Source: Chloroflexota bacterium (GTDB taxonomy: Bacteria > Chloroflexota > Anaerolineae > UBA1429). From it: 64,000 nt of DNA. The translations under genes and the position numbers were made by a program. The notes beneath the pieces are model-generated. The model was not told the DNA's origin. It made no database searches and saw nothing but the letters and a program-made list of their open reading frames with translations. How positions within the stretch are numbered: the first letter of the stretch is position 1; each line of letters opens with the position of its first letter. Shown one piece after another: positions 29,593 to 39,552 of this stretch. The stretch is from assembly GCA_012729455.1 (NCBI GenBank), contig JAAYDC010000006.1:27782-91781 (forward strand), read 5' to 3'.

Positions 29593-30525
29593 ATGCACGC
29601 ATCAGGCGCAACACCGATCAGCCCGCCCAAACCACACAAACCGCCCAGCCTGGCCTGGCCTACTCTGGCAGCCGGCATCCTGGCGATCTCTTCGGCCGCG
29701 ATCCTGATCCGCAAAGCGGAGGCACCCGCGCTGGTGATCGGCACGGTTCGGCTGCTCACTGCTGCCATCCTGCTCTCTCCCGCGGTGCTGATCATTGCCC
29801 CCAGGGAATGGGCGGGACTACAGGCGCGCGAACGCTGGGCACTGCTCGCCTCGGGTGCGGCGCTGGGGCTGCATTTTGTGCTGTGGATCCAGTCGCTCAA
29901 ACTCACCACCGTAGCCAGCTCGGTGGTGTTGGCCACCACCAATCCGATCTTTGTGGGGCTGGCTTCACGCCTGATCCTGCGCGAAGCGCTTTCGCGCCGC
30001 CAGCTGCTGGCGATTGTCCTGGCGATGGCGGGCTCGGTGATCATTGCAGCCGGCGACCTGGCCGTCACCGGTGAGGCGCTGCTGGGAGACCTGATGGCCC
30101 TTGTGAGCGCCATGGCGATCTCGGTGCACCTCTTGCTGGGACGCTACCTGCGGCGCCGGTTGAGCAACCTGGCATATATCTGGCCGTGCTACAGTATCGC
30201 GGGTGTGTTGTTGTTGGCGGCAACCCTTCTGGCAGGCCTGCCCTTGTTCGGCTATACCACTGCGACCTATGGCTACATGGCGCTCCTGGGGATTATCCCG
30301 CAGCTGATCGGCCACAGCGCTCTGAATTGGGCGCTGGGATACTTTAGCCCGTTGTTTGTAACCATCGCGATCCTTGGCGAGCCGCTGGGCGCTAGTGCCC
30401 TGGCCTTTATCCTGCTGGACGAAGTGCCCGCGCCGACCGTCCTGCTGGGCACGGTGCTGATCATAGCCGGCATCATCTTGGCAGGCCTGGCCGAACGCGC
30501 AAAATCATACACCATAGAGGGATAA
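29593..30525 (+). CDS. EamA/DMT-family transporter (10 TM)
   Basis: The product has two EamA repeats. I place the start at the ATG directly downstream of the promoter, because the longer ORF would overlap the promoter. Confidence 0.7.
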   Translation: MHASGATPISPPKPHKPPSLAWPTLAAGILAISSAAILIRKAEAPALVIGTVRLLTAAILLSPAVLIIAPREWAGLQARERWALLASGAALGLHFVLWIQSLKLTTVASSVVLATTNPIFVGLASRLILREALSRRQLLAIVLAMAGSVIIAAGDLAVTGEALLGDLMALVSAMAISVHLLLGRYLRRRLSNLAYIWPCYSIAGVLLLAATLLAGLPLFGYTTATYGYMALLGIIPQLIGHSALNWALGYFSPLFVTIAILGEPLGASALAFILLDEVPAPTVLLGTVLIIAGIILAGLAERAKSYTIEG

Positions 30526-30528
30526 CTC

Positions 30529-31746
30529 ATGCAAGTAAACTGGAACGACCGTTTCGCTACGCGCCTCGAGTGGATGACCACTTCGGCTATCCGCGACATC
30601 TTAAAGTGCGCCCAAACGCCCGGGTTGATCTCGATGGCCGGCGGATGGCCCGAGGCCGAGCTCTTCCCTACCGCGCAGCTGGCTGAGATCGCTCAGCAGG
30701 TGCTGACGCAGTCGCCGCGCGACTCGCTGCAATATGGCCTGACGGACGGTCTGACGGTGTTGCGCGAGCAGCTCGCCAAGATGAGCACTGCACAGGGCAT
30801 CCCTGCGCAGCCCGAAAACATTGTGATCACCTCGGGCACGCAGCAGTCGCTCGACCTGCTGGGGCGCATCCTGCTCAACGAGGGGGATACGTTGCTGGTG
30901 GAAAACCCCACCTTTTTAGGGGCATTACAATCGTTCAAGGCCTACGGGGCGCGCTTTCGCGCCGTGCCGATGGACGATCAGGGAGCCATCCCCGAGGAAC
31001 TGGATGGGCACGACGCCAAGTTTTACTATGCCTTGCCGACCTTTCAGAACCCCACCGGCGTGACGACCACTCTCGAGCGCCGCAAAGCGCTGCTTGAACG
31101 CGCCCGCGAGCAGAACCTGGTGATCGTCGAGGATGACCCCTACGGCGTGCTGCGCTTTGAGGGGCAGCCGCTGCCGACCCTGGCGCAGCTGGCGGCCGAA
31201 GAAGACATCGCCAGAGGCGGCTCGGGTCTGCCGCAGCGCGTGATCTATTGCAGCTCATTTTCCAAGATCCTCGCGCCCGGTCTGCGCCTCTCTTGGATTG
31301 TAGCACCGCGTGAGCTGACGGGTCCGCTGGTGATGGCCAAGCAGGGCGCCGACTTGCACACCAATGCCCTTGCGCAATCAATGGCCAGCGAATTCATACG
31401 CCGCGGCTGGATGCCCGCGCAGATCGAACGCATCCGCGAGACCTATCGTGTACGCCGCCAAGCCATGCTGCAAGCCATCGAGGCCTACTTCCCCAGCGGT
31501 ATCTATTACAGCCGCCCGGAAGGTGGGTTATTCATGTGGGTGGAACTGCCTGGCGAGGTCGAGACGATCCCGCTTCTGCCGAAAGCCGTCGAGCAGCAGG
31601 TCGCTTTTGTGCCCGGCAAGCCCTTTTACATCACCGATGCCGGCGACAGCACGATGAGATTGACCTTTGCCAGCATCCAGCCGGAGCTGATCCACGAGGG
31701 CATCCGCCGCCTGGGCGGGCTGATCAAAGCCCACCTGGGAGCCTGA
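30529..31746 (+). CDS. PLP-dependent aminotransferase, class I/II (Aro8/LysN-type 2-aminoadipate/aromatic aminotransferase family)
   Basis: The 405-aa product has an SFSKILAPGLRLSW region carrying the PLP-binding Lys. A GAGGGA RBS is present. Confidence 0.75.
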   Translation: MQVNWNDRFATRLEWMTTSAIRDILKCAQTPGLISMAGGWPEAELFPTAQLAEIAQQVLTQSPRDSLQYGLTDGLTVLREQLAKMSTAQGIPAQPENIVITSGTQQSLDLLGRILLNEGDTLLVENPTFLGALQSFKAYGARFRAVPMDDQGAIPEELDGHDAKFYYALPTFQNPTGVTTTLERRKALLERAREQNLVIVEDDPYGVLRFEGQPLPTLAQLAAEEDIARGGSGLPQRVIYCSSFSKILAPGLRLSWIVAPRELTGPLVMAKQGADLHTNALAQSMASEFIRRGWMPAQIERIRETYRVRRQAMLQAIEAYFPSGIYYSRPEGGLFMWVELPGEVETIPLLPKAVEQQVAFVPGKPFYITDAGDSTMRLTFASIQPELIHEGIRRLGGLIKAHLGA

Positions 31747-31803
31747 CACTTGACGGATTGGGCGCACATCCCTAAACTGCCAAGAGCGTGGAGGTCGGTA
31801 CCC

Positions 31804-33003
31804 TTGATAAAACGCGTGTTTGTAACGCTGCTCCTAGTTGCCCTGATCTTGAGCTCACAAGGCTGTGCGGCAGGGGCGTTGATCCGTGATGTCGAGATCC
31901 GCCCGGCGACGATTTCGCCCAACGCGGATGGCTCGGATGACATCGCCGAGATCAAGTACACCCTCACCGACCAGTCGCAGGTGACGATCTACTTTGTAGA
32001 TAGCGCCGGCAACAAGCACGTCTTTCGCGACGACAAGCGCCGCTCGGCTGGTCCGCGTACCACCTACTTTTCCGGTATCATCGACGGCAGCCTGCTGCCG
32101 GATGGCACCTACACGGTGGTGATCGAGGCGGTCAGCGCGCGCAAGACGGAGTCGATCCAGCGCGAACTGGTGATCACCAATGGCGACCCTGTGCACATCG
32201 AGATTCAGAACCTCTCCGTGTTTCCGCGCGAGTTTACCCCCAACCGCGATGGTATCACCGACCGCGTCACGATCAGCTACAGCCTCAACAAGGAAGCCAG
32301 TCGGGTCGAGGTCTACCTGCTGGATGAAGAAGGCATCAAGTATCCCGTGGCGGAGGATAAAATCCGTGCCTTTGGGGCAGCCGGTGCGCACGAGCACGAC
32401 TACGACGCCGGCATCGACCTGGGGGCGACCCCGCCGGCAGATGGCACCTATACGCTGGTGGTCGAGGCTGAGGACGCCGTGGGCAACAAGGCGCGCGTCG
32501 AGGATAGCATCACCATCACCGGCGGCGGTGTGCCGCGCGTCGAGATCGCAAACGGCGCCGCCCAGTTTTCGTCGACCACCGTGCCCCTAGGCGGGACGCT
32601 GACGTTTACCTGCACAGTGCGTAATATCGGCACAGTGCCGGTGCGTACCAAGGGGCCGGCATCTGGTTACGTCTATACCACCTCAGAAAACTATAACACG
32701 CTCGAACAATACGAAGAGCCTGGCATCTTTCGCATCGGGCTCGATTTCGAGGGCAACAGCGCTGGGCGCAGCTATACCTTTCGTTGGCAGCTGGGCAGCG
32801 ACGAAGAGCTCACCACCGTCCAGACCGATATCGGCCCGCAAAAGTACCTCATGCCCGGCCAGACCGTTACGGTGGTTGGGCACCTGAAAATCGATGACGC
32901 GCCGCCCAAGGCTGCCCCCTATTACTGGATCGGCCTGATCCAGGAACAGGTGCAGATGGTGCAGGACCGCGTCGAGGCTACGCCGATCACTATCGGGTTC
33001 TAG
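31804..33003 (+). CDS. secreted/lipo-protein with two tandem FlgD-Ig-like domains and a C-terminal about 170-aa domain
   Basis: A TTG start with a GGAGG RBS gives the signal peptide MIKRVFVTLLLVALILSSQGC. Two repeats begin ISPNADGSDDIAEIKYTL…DGTYTVVIEA and FTPNRDGITDRVTISYSL…DGTYTLVVEA, which match the FlgD_ig pattern. Confidence 0.6.
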   Translation: MIKRVFVTLLLVALILSSQGCAAGALIRDVEIRPATISPNADGSDDIAEIKYTLTDQSQVTIYFVDSAGNKHVFRDDKRRSAGPRTTYFSGIIDGSLLPDGTYTVVIEAVSARKTESIQRELVITNGDPVHIEIQNLSVFPREFTPNRDGITDRVTISYSLNKEASRVEVYLLDEEGIKYPVAEDKIRAFGAAGAHEHDYDAGIDLGATPPADGTYTLVVEAEDAVGNKARVEDSITITGGGVPRVEIANGAAQFSSTTVPLGGTLTFTCTVRNIGTVPVRTKGPASGYVYTTSENYNTLEQYEEPGIFRIGLDFEGNSAGRSYTFRWQLGSDEELTTVQTDIGPQKYLMPGQTVTVVGHLKIDDAPPKAAPYYWIGLIQEQVQMVQDRVEATPITIGF

Positions 33004-33004
33004 C

Positions 33005-33943
33005 ATGGACCTGGCTGTCGCGATCGTCAGTTACAACACCCGCGAGCTGACGCTGGGATGCCTGGGCTCGCTCTATCGTGAGCTGGACGCAGCCGGCATA
33101 GACGCGGCGGTGACGGTGGTCGACAATGCCTCGTCGGATGGCAGCGCGGCTGCTATCGCAGAGGCGTATCCGCAGGCGACCCTCATCGCCAGTCAGGAAA
33201 ATCTCGGATTCGCGCGCGGCACCAACCTGGCCGTCGCCCAGATGCTGGATCAGGCGCCCGACTATCTGCTGCTCCTCAACCCGGATACCCTGATCAAGCC
33301 TAAAGCGCTCGAATACCTGATGTCGTTCATGCGCGCCGCACCGCGCGTGGCGATGGCAGGCGCTCAGCTCGAGTATGGCGATGGCTCGTTCCAGCATTCC
33401 GCCTTTCGCTTTCCGACGCTGTTGATGGCAGCCTTTGATTTTTGGACGGTCAACCACCGCCTGATCGAATCGCGCCTGAATGGCCGCTACCCGCGCGCCC
33501 TTTACGAGGCCGGCAAGCCTTTCTTGGTCGACCACCCGCTGGGAGCCGCCATGCTGGTAAACACGGCTGCCTGGCGAGAGCTGGGCGCGCTCGACGAGGG
33601 CTATTTCATGTACTGCGAAGAGATCGACTGGTGCAAACGCGCTAGGCTGGCTGGCTGGGAGGTAGCCTGCGTGCCCAAAGCGCGCATCGTGCACTTTGCC
33701 GGCCAGAGCAGCCGCCAGTTCCGGCCGCAGATGTTTACCGCCCTGTGGGCCAGCCGCTTTCGCCTGTTTGCACGCTATTATGATAAAACCTACCAACGCC
33801 GCGTAAAGCGCATCGTGCGGGCTGGGCTGGATAAACTCATTCTCCAGGCGCAGGCGCAACAATCAAGCGGCGAGCTCTCATACCCCGATCTGGAGGCCAT
33901 GCTGGGCGCCTATGCGCAGGTGAGGGAAATAACATGCGCCTGA
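33005..33943 (+). CDS. glycosyltransferase family 2
   Basis: The product has a GT-A fold with the VSYNTRELTLGCLGSL motif, DNASSDGS and a DxD motif. Confidence 0.8.
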   Translation: MDLAVAIVSYNTRELTLGCLGSLYRELDAAGIDAAVTVVDNASSDGSAAAIAEAYPQATLIASQENLGFARGTNLAVAQMLDQAPDYLLLLNPDTLIKPKALEYLMSFMRAAPRVAMAGAQLEYGDGSFQHSAFRFPTLLMAAFDFWTVNHRLIESRLNGRYPRALYEAGKPFLVDHPLGAAMLVNTAAWRELGALDEGYFMYCEEIDWCKRARLAGWEVACVPKARIVHFAGQSSRQFRPQMFTALWASRFRLFARYYDKTYQRRVKRIVRAGLDKLILQAQAQQSSGELSYPDLEAMLGAYAQVREITCA

Positions 33944-34704
33944 GCGCTGTGGTGTTGGCACGCGACAACGAGTCGCAGATCGCCGATTGCCTGCAGAGCG
34001 TCGCCTGGGCTGATGAGCGCGTCGTGATCCTCGACACGCGCTCCAGCGACCGCACCGCGGCCATCGCCGAGGGGTTGGGGGCGCGCGTGGTCAGGCACCC
34101 TTTTGCCAATTTCGGCGCGCAACGCAATGTGGGGCTCGAGCAGGCTTTGGGTGAGTGGGTCTTTTTCATCGACACTGACGAACAGGCCTCGCCAGCCCTG
34201 GGCGAAGAGATCCGGCATGTGGTAGCAGCCGATGGCGCCGAGGCGGGCTGGTGGGTGCCTCGCCATAACTGCATCTGGGGCAGTGTGGTGCGTCATGGCG
34301 GCTGGTATCCGGATTACCAGCTGCGTCTGATCCGCCGGGCCGACGCGCGTTACGACAGTGCCCAGGCGGTACACGAGGTGGTGCAGGTGGCCGGAGAGCA
34401 TGGTTACCTGCGAGAGGTACTCGACCACGATAACTATGCCACCCTGGCGCAGTTTACTGCGAAACAGCGCCAGTACGCTGCCTATGAAGGCCAGATTCGC
34501 TTCGAGCAGGGCGCCCGCCCGCGCCCCTGGACCTGGCTTTCTATGCCAGCGCGCGAATTTGTGCGCCGCTATATCCGGCTGCAGGGGTACCGTGACGGCT
34601 GGCGCGGCCTGGCACTGGCCATCCTGTGCGCCTATTACTATGGCTACGTGGCCACTCGCGTGCTGGCTGATAACGTGCGTAAGGCAAGCAAAGCTGCTGC
34701 ATAA
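33934..34704 (+). CDS. glycosyltransferase family 2 (short)
   Basis: The product has a GT-A fold with SAVVLARDNESQIADCL and IDTDE motifs. It overlaps the upstream GT2 gene by 10 nt. Confidence 0.75.
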   Translation: MRLSAVVLARDNESQIADCLQSVAWADERVVILDTRSSDRTAAIAEGLGARVVRHPFANFGAQRNVGLEQALGEWVFFIDTDEQASPALGEEIRHVVAADGAEAGWWVPRHNCIWGSVVRHGGWYPDYQLRLIRRADARYDSAQAVHEVVQVAGEHGYLREVLDHDNYATLAQFTAKQRQYAAYEGQIRFEQGARPRPWTWLSMPAREFVRRYIRLQGYRDGWRGLALAILCAYYYGYVATRVLADNVRKASKAAA

Positions 34705-34736
34705 AAAAACAGGCAGAGGACATGCCTCTGCCTGTT
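34703..34736 (-). terminator. bidirectional intrinsic terminator (12-bp stem aacaggcagagg / cctctgcctgtt)
   Basis: The hairpin is followed on the minus strand by a T7 run, which terminates hpf. An A7 run precedes it on the plus strand. It lies between the convergent GT2 and hpf genes. Confidence 0.7.
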
Positions 34737-34743
34737 GTGCAAG

Positions 34744-35292
34744 TTATTCCAGTTCGGGAACCAGCAAGCCGTAGCCGGAATCCTTGCGGCGATACACCAC
34801 GCTAAAGGCGTGCGTGGTGGCATCGAAAAAGATGAAAAAGTCGTGCCCCAAGAGCTCCATATGCTCGATGGCTTCCTCAAGTGTCATGGGGCGCGTCCTA
34901 AAGGTCTTGCGGCGCACCACTTGCTGCTCCAGCTCTTCGGCCAGCGAATCGTCAACGGGAAAATCTGGCTGCCCGCTGCCTGTACGCGCCAGCGAACGCC
35001 AATGGCGTCCCTTGTAGCGCTCAATCTGGCGGGTTATTTTATCGAGCACGGTATCGAGGGCGGTGTACAGATCGGCATTGCGCTCTTCGGCGCGCATGAT
35101 CGCGCCGTTGGCGCGTAACGTCAGCTGCACAATCATGCTATCTTCGGTGCTCTTGGTGGCTTGGGTGCCGAGATCTACCCGGGCCTCGTCAATCGAGGGC
35201 AGAAAACGCTCGAGTTTGCTGACCTTTTTCTCGATGTGGGTGCGCAGATGCTCTGTAACATCAAAGTTGCGGCTCTTGACCTGGATATCCAT
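34744..35292 (-). CDS. hpf: ribosome hibernation promoting factor (long HPF)
   Basis: The N-terminus is MDIQVKSRNFDVTEHLRTHIEKKVSKLERF and the protein has a C-terminal dimerisation domain. Confidence 0.85.
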   Translation of the reverse strand: MDIQVKSRNFDVTEHLRTHIEKKVSKLERFLPSIDEARVDLGTQATKSTEDSMIVQLTLRANGAIMRAEERNADLYTALDTVLDKITRQIERYKGRHWRSLARTGSGQPDFPVDDSLAEELEQQVVRRKTFRTRPMTLEEAIEHMELLGHDFFIFFDATTHAFSVVYRRKDSGYGLLVPELE

Positions 35293-35473
35293 GATGACTC
35301 CTTTCGTATCTGCAGCCAGTGCGGCGTCGAGGAATCAGTTGCGGTGTGTGGGGTTGCTGCAGCTACCCTGATGGTATCATGCCCGCGGACTTTAGTCAAT
35401 GATTGAGAGCCCACAGCTTGCCTGTTGGGCGCGGCACGCTTATACTGGCGCTATCCTGATCAAGAGGTTTTGC

Positions 35474-36556
35474 ATGGAGCAAGAATCCCAGGCCCCCGAG
35501 ACTGTCACTATGGCACAGGGCTGGGAGCATTACAACGCCCTGCGGATGGACCAAGCCAAAGACGTCTTTCAGTCTTTGGTCGACAAAGACCCCAGCAACT
35601 ATGAAGCGCGCCTGGCACTGGCACGCACCTATATCCGCATGCGCCGCGAGGATGACGCCTATGAGCAGGCCGAAGCCTGCGCGCGTATGCAGCCGGAACG
35701 AGCTGAAGCTTATACCTGCCAGGGGATGGTGCGCTTTTTGCAGGATGACCTGGATGAGGCGCGCGACAGGCTGCAGCAGGCAATCCTGCTAGACCCGGAT
35801 GACCCCGAACCGTACCTGACGCTCGCACAGGTCATGACCGACCTGAAGTTGTATGCTGAATCGGCTGCCGAGCTGCAAACCGCCCGCAAACTGGTCGCGC
35901 ATATCACTGATGATAACCAGCGCCGCCAGCTGGAGGCCTCCGAACTGCACGCGCGCACCTATGTGCTGCTCAACCAGAACAAGGTACCTGAGGCAATGGC
36001 TATCGCCAAAGAGCTGGCCGAGTATGAGGACGAAACCCCCTACGCCGCCTGTCTGGCCTACTCCAACCTCGGCCTGATGGAAGCGCGCCTCAAGCATTAT
36101 GACAAGTCGATCGAGTATCTCGAAAAAGCCTACGCGATGAACCCCTACTTTTATCGGGCCGGCAGCGCGCTCGGGCGTATCTATCTGGTGCGCGGGGTAG
36201 TCACCAAGGCTGCCGAAGTGCTCGGTACGGTGGTGGCCAACTCGCCGGAAGTCGATGCGCACACCCGCCACGCCTATGCCGCGTCGTTGGCCAAGATCGG
36301 CCGGCGCGCCGAGGCCATCGAACAATACCGCACCGCTCTGCAGGCTGGTCTCAAAGGGCTGGAGCGCCTGATGGCTTGTTGGCAGCTGGTGTGGCTTTCG
36401 AACGTGGGCCGCCTGGTGGTGATTGCTCTCGCCCTGGCTGCCCTGGCTGCCTGGCTTATCTTTGGCAAGCCTGACGGTTCAACCCTGGCCTTTGTGGCAG
36501 TGTTGCTGATCCTGTTTGTGATGCAGCGCCTCTTGGGCCGCAAGCGCTACCACTAG
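35474..36556 (+). CDS. TPR-repeat protein with C-terminal TM anchor
   Basis: The product has several 34-aa TPR-like repeats and a C-terminal hydrophobic segment. An AAGAGG RBS precedes the ATG at 35474. Confidence 0.6.
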   Translation: MEQESQAPETVTMAQGWEHYNALRMDQAKDVFQSLVDKDPSNYEARLALARTYIRMRREDDAYEQAEACARMQPERAEAYTCQGMVRFLQDDLDEARDRLQQAILLDPDDPEPYLTLAQVMTDLKLYAESAAELQTARKLVAHITDDNQRRQLEASELHARTYVLLNQNKVPEAMAIAKELAEYEDETPYAACLAYSNLGLMEARLKHYDKSIEYLEKAYAMNPYFYRAGSALGRIYLVRGVVTKAAEVLGTVVANSPEVDAHTRHAYAASLAKIGRRAEAIEQYRTALQAGLKGLERLMACWQLVWLSNVGRLVVIALALAALAAWLIFGKPDGSTLAFVAVLLILFVMQRLLGRKRYH

Positions 36557-36572
36557 CGCGCGGAGGTAGCAC

Positions 36573-37367
36573 ATGACGAAAAAAGCGATCCTGCTGTTCG
36601 TGCTGGTCGCCCTGCTGTTGATGCCAGCCGCCATCACGCACGGCGATGGCGAAGTCTGGCATACCCACACCGTCACCTCCGGGCAGACGCTCAGCTATAT
36701 CGCTTCGCTGTATCGCATCAGCCTGAGCCAGCTGCGCCAGGCCAATGGGCTGCGCTCTGATATGATCGTGACAGGGCAAACCCTCGAGATCCCCCTGTCG
36801 GCGCCGCTCGTGGCATACCGCATCGGCGTGGGAGACACGCTCTCGTCGGTAGCACGCCGTTACGGCGTGAGCGTGTGGCAGATTCAGGCCGTTAACGGGA
36901 TGGGCACTTCTACAATCGTCTACCACGGCCAGACCCTCTACCTGCCGCCATCGGTAGTGCCGACACCCGCACCCAGCGCCTCCCCAATACCCACTCAGCC
37001 ACCGGCAACGCGGGTGCCCACGCGCTCTTTTACCGCGACGCCTGCCAAGCCCGTGGTACAGGAAGCCATCGTGATCACCAGCCCGGTGTTGAATTCTCGC
37101 GTCAAGAGCCCGTTGGTGGTAACCGGCTGGGGCTCGGGGTATGAGAACCGCCTGTCGGTCAAGGTGCTGGATGAAGATGGCAAGAGCCTGGGCGGCGGAA
37201 GCGTGACAGTCGACGCGCCCTTTGGCCAGTACGGCATCTTTAGCGGGACGATTACCTTCCGCGCGCCCACCAAGGCCGAAGTGCTCAGGGTGCAGGTCTA
37301 CAGCACCAGCCCACGTGACGGGGCAATAGAACATCTCAACTCGGTTTTGGTCAAGTACCAGCCCTGA
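36573..37367 (+). CDS. secreted 2xLysM plus Gmad2 Ig-like domain protein
   Basis: The product has a signal peptide and two LysM motifs (HTVTSGQTLSYIA…, YRIGVGDTLSSVA…). Its C-terminal ITSPVLNSRVKSPLVVTGWGSGYENRLSV region matches the Gmad2 pattern. Confidence 0.7.
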   Translation: MTKKAILLFVLVALLLMPAAITHGDGEVWHTHTVTSGQTLSYIASLYRISLSQLRQANGLRSDMIVTGQTLEIPLSAPLVAYRIGVGDTLSSVARRYGVSVWQIQAVNGMGTSTIVYHGQTLYLPPSVVPTPAPSASPIPTQPPATRVPTRSFTATPAKPVVQEAIVITSPVLNSRVKSPLVVTGWGSGYENRLSVKVLDEDGKSLGGGSVTVDAPFGQYGIFSGTITFRAPTKAEVLRVQVYSTSPRDGAIEHLNSVLVKYQP

Positions 37368-37369
37368 CC

Positions 37370-38341
37370 TCAGGCCCCTCGTGCCAGGCTGCTCGCTGAG
37401 GGCAAGCCACCGGCAGGTTCAGCCGCCAGGATGGCATTAACGATAGCATTGCTGACGGCCTGCGCCGCCAGGACGTTGACCAGCAGGGCATTGGTTTTGA
37501 CATCACCGGTCGCCAGCGCAAAGAGCGTGTCACCATCGTAGAGGGTATGCGCAGGACGCACCGCCCGCGCCAGCCCGTCGTGCGCGGAGGATGCCAGGTT
37601 GTTGGCCTGAGCGCAACTCAGGCGCGCATTGGTCGCCACCACCCCGATCACCGTATTGCGCATGCGCATCGCCAGACGCACCATCGCGGTGCGCAGCAGC
37701 GCAGAGGTATCCGCCATCTGTTCGGAGCGCAGTTTACGCACGCCAGCGAGCAGTGCGCCGGTATCCGGATCGATGACATCGCCCAGGGCGTTGACGGCCA
37801 CCAGCGCACCCACTACCAGGCGGCCAGCGCTCAGGCTGGCGGTGCCGATGCCGCCTTTCATGGCACGGCGGATACCATAGAGCTTGCCGACGGTCGCCCC
37901 TGTGCCAGCCCCCACATTGCCCTGCGCAACCGCGTTCCCGGCCGCCTGGCAGGCAGCGTAGCCGGCGGCTGCGTCGGGGCGATGCGCGGCTGAGCCCAAC
38001 TCGAGGTCATACAGAACTGCCCCGGGCACGATCGGCACGAGCGCGGCGCCGGCGTCATAACCAATATGGCGCTCTTCGAGGTAACGCATCACACCATCGG
38101 CGGCAGCCAACCCAAAGGCGCTGCCGCCCGTAAGCAACACTCCATGCACGGCCTCGACCAGACTTCCGGGACGCAGCGGGTCAGTCTCGCGCGTGCCGGG
38201 CGCAAAACCGCGCACTGCTACACCGCCCACCGCACCGCGCGCTGCCAGCACCACCGAACAGCCCGTCAGGTGCTCGAGGTCGGACCAGTGGCCGACCTGG
38301 ATGCCGGCCACATCGGTGATCGCCCCGGGATAGCGCGTCAT
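37370..38341 (-). CDS. P1/S58 (DmpA-like) family peptidase/aminopeptidase
   Basis: The product contains the GxGTGAT motif region AGTGATVGKLYG and a C-terminal GDTLFALATG self-processing-type motif. Confidence 0.65.
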   Translation of the reverse strand: MTRYPGAITDVAGIQVGHWSDLEHLTGCSVVLAARGAVGGVAVRGFAPGTRETDPLRPGSLVEAVHGVLLTGGSAFGLAAADGVMRYLEERHIGYDAGAALVPIVPGAVLYDLELGSAAHRPDAAAGYAACQAAGNAVAQGNVGAGTGATVGKLYGIRRAMKGGIGTASLSAGRLVVGALVAVNALGDVIDPDTGALLAGVRKLRSEQMADTSALLRTAMVRLAMRMRNTVIGVVATNARLSCAQANNLASSAHDGLARAVRPAHTLYDGDTLFALATGDVKTNALLVNVLAAQAVSNAIVNAILAAEPAGGLPSASSLARGA

Positions 38342-39552
38342 GCCCGCCTCCAGAGCTCGACCACGCGTGCCAGGATGTGCTCTGCCGCCTCGCTCTTGGG
38401 CATCAGGCTCAGCACCTCTTGCTTTCCGTCGGGCTGCAGCAGGATGACGCGGTTCTGGCCAACCTCAAAGCCGCTGTCGCTGCCCGAGACATCGTTGGCA
38501 ACCATCAGGTCGAGGCGCTTTTTCGCCAGCTTGACCTGCGCGTTGGCGATCAGGTCCTGTGTCTCAGCCGCAAAGCCCACCACAAAGCCGGGATTGCCGC
38601 TGGCGGTGCGCTGGTCGGCGACAGCCTGCAGGATATCGAGAGTGCGTTCCAGCTGCAGCGTCAGGTCGTCGGCATCCTTTTTGATCTTGTGCTCGGCGCG
38701 CTGCACCGGCCGATAGTCAGCCACGGCCGCTGCCATGATCAGCAGATCAGTGTGCGGCACGCGCTCCAGCACCGCCTGATGCATCTCGGTAGCCGTCTCG
38801 ACGGCGAGCATCTCGATGCCGCAGATCGCCGGCAACTGAGTGTTGGCATGCACCAGAGTGACCTTGGCGCCCATATCGCGCGCGGCTTCTGCCAGTGCGT
38901 AGCCCATCTTGCCCGAAGAACGGTTGCCAAGGTGGCGCACCGGGTCGAGCGGCTCACGCGTTCCGCCCGCTGTCACCAGCACATGTGTACCAGCCAGTGC
39001 TCCCTGACGCCCGAGGGTGGCGCGGATTGCCGCCAACAGTTCACTCGTGTTTACTAGCCTGCCGCGGCCGATGCGCCCCGAAGCAAGGCGCCCCTCATCC
39101 GGCCCCACGATGGTTGCCCCGCGCTCGGCCAAGACGCGCAGGTTGGCCTGGGTGCTTGGGTGGGCATACATGTCAGCATCCATGGCGGGCGCCACCACCA
39201 GCGGCGCCGGACAGGCCAGAGCGGTGCTCAACAGCAGGTTATCGGCGATCCCATGCACCAGCTTGGCAATGGTGTTGGCGGTAGCCGGGGCGATCACCAG
39301 CACATCCGCCCAGGCTGAGAGTGAGATGTGTGCCATATCGGTATCGCGCAAGAGTTGAAAGGTGTCGATCGAGACCGGTCTGGCAGTGAGGGTCTGAAAG
39401 GTCAGGGGCCCCACAAAATGCACCGCGGCGGGGGTCATCACCACCTGCACCTCGGCACCGGCCTTGATCAGGCTGCTGCACAACTCGACCGCCTTGTAGG
39501 CGGCAATCCCGCCCGTCACACCCAGGACGATATGCTTACCCTCCAGGATCAT
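38338..39552 (-). CDS. coaBC: bifunctional phosphopantothenoylcysteine decarboxylase / phosphopantothenate-cysteine ligase
   Basis: The N-terminal flavoprotein domain has KHIVLGVTGGIAAYKA. The C-terminal domain has the DFPA-like motif VLVTAGGTREPLDPVRHLGNRSSGKMG. Confidence 0.9.
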   Translation of the reverse strand: MILEGKHIVLGVTGGIAAYKAVELCSSLIKAGAEVQVVMTPAAVHFVGPLTFQTLTARPVSIDTFQLLRDTDMAHISLSAWADVLVIAPATANTIAKLVHGIADNLLLSTALACPAPLVVAPAMDADMYAHPSTQANLRVLAERGATIVGPDEGRLASGRIGRGRLVNTSELLAAIRATLGRQGALAGTHVLVTAGGTREPLDPVRHLGNRSSGKMGYALAEAARDMGAKVTLVHANTQLPAICGIEMLAVETATEMHQAVLERVPHTDLLIMAAAVADYRPVQRAEHKIKKDADDLTLQLERTLDILQAVADQRTASGNPGFVVGFAAETQDLIANAQVKLAKKRLDLMVANDVSGSDSGFEVGQNRVILLQPDGKQEVLSLMPKSEAAEHILARVVELWRRA

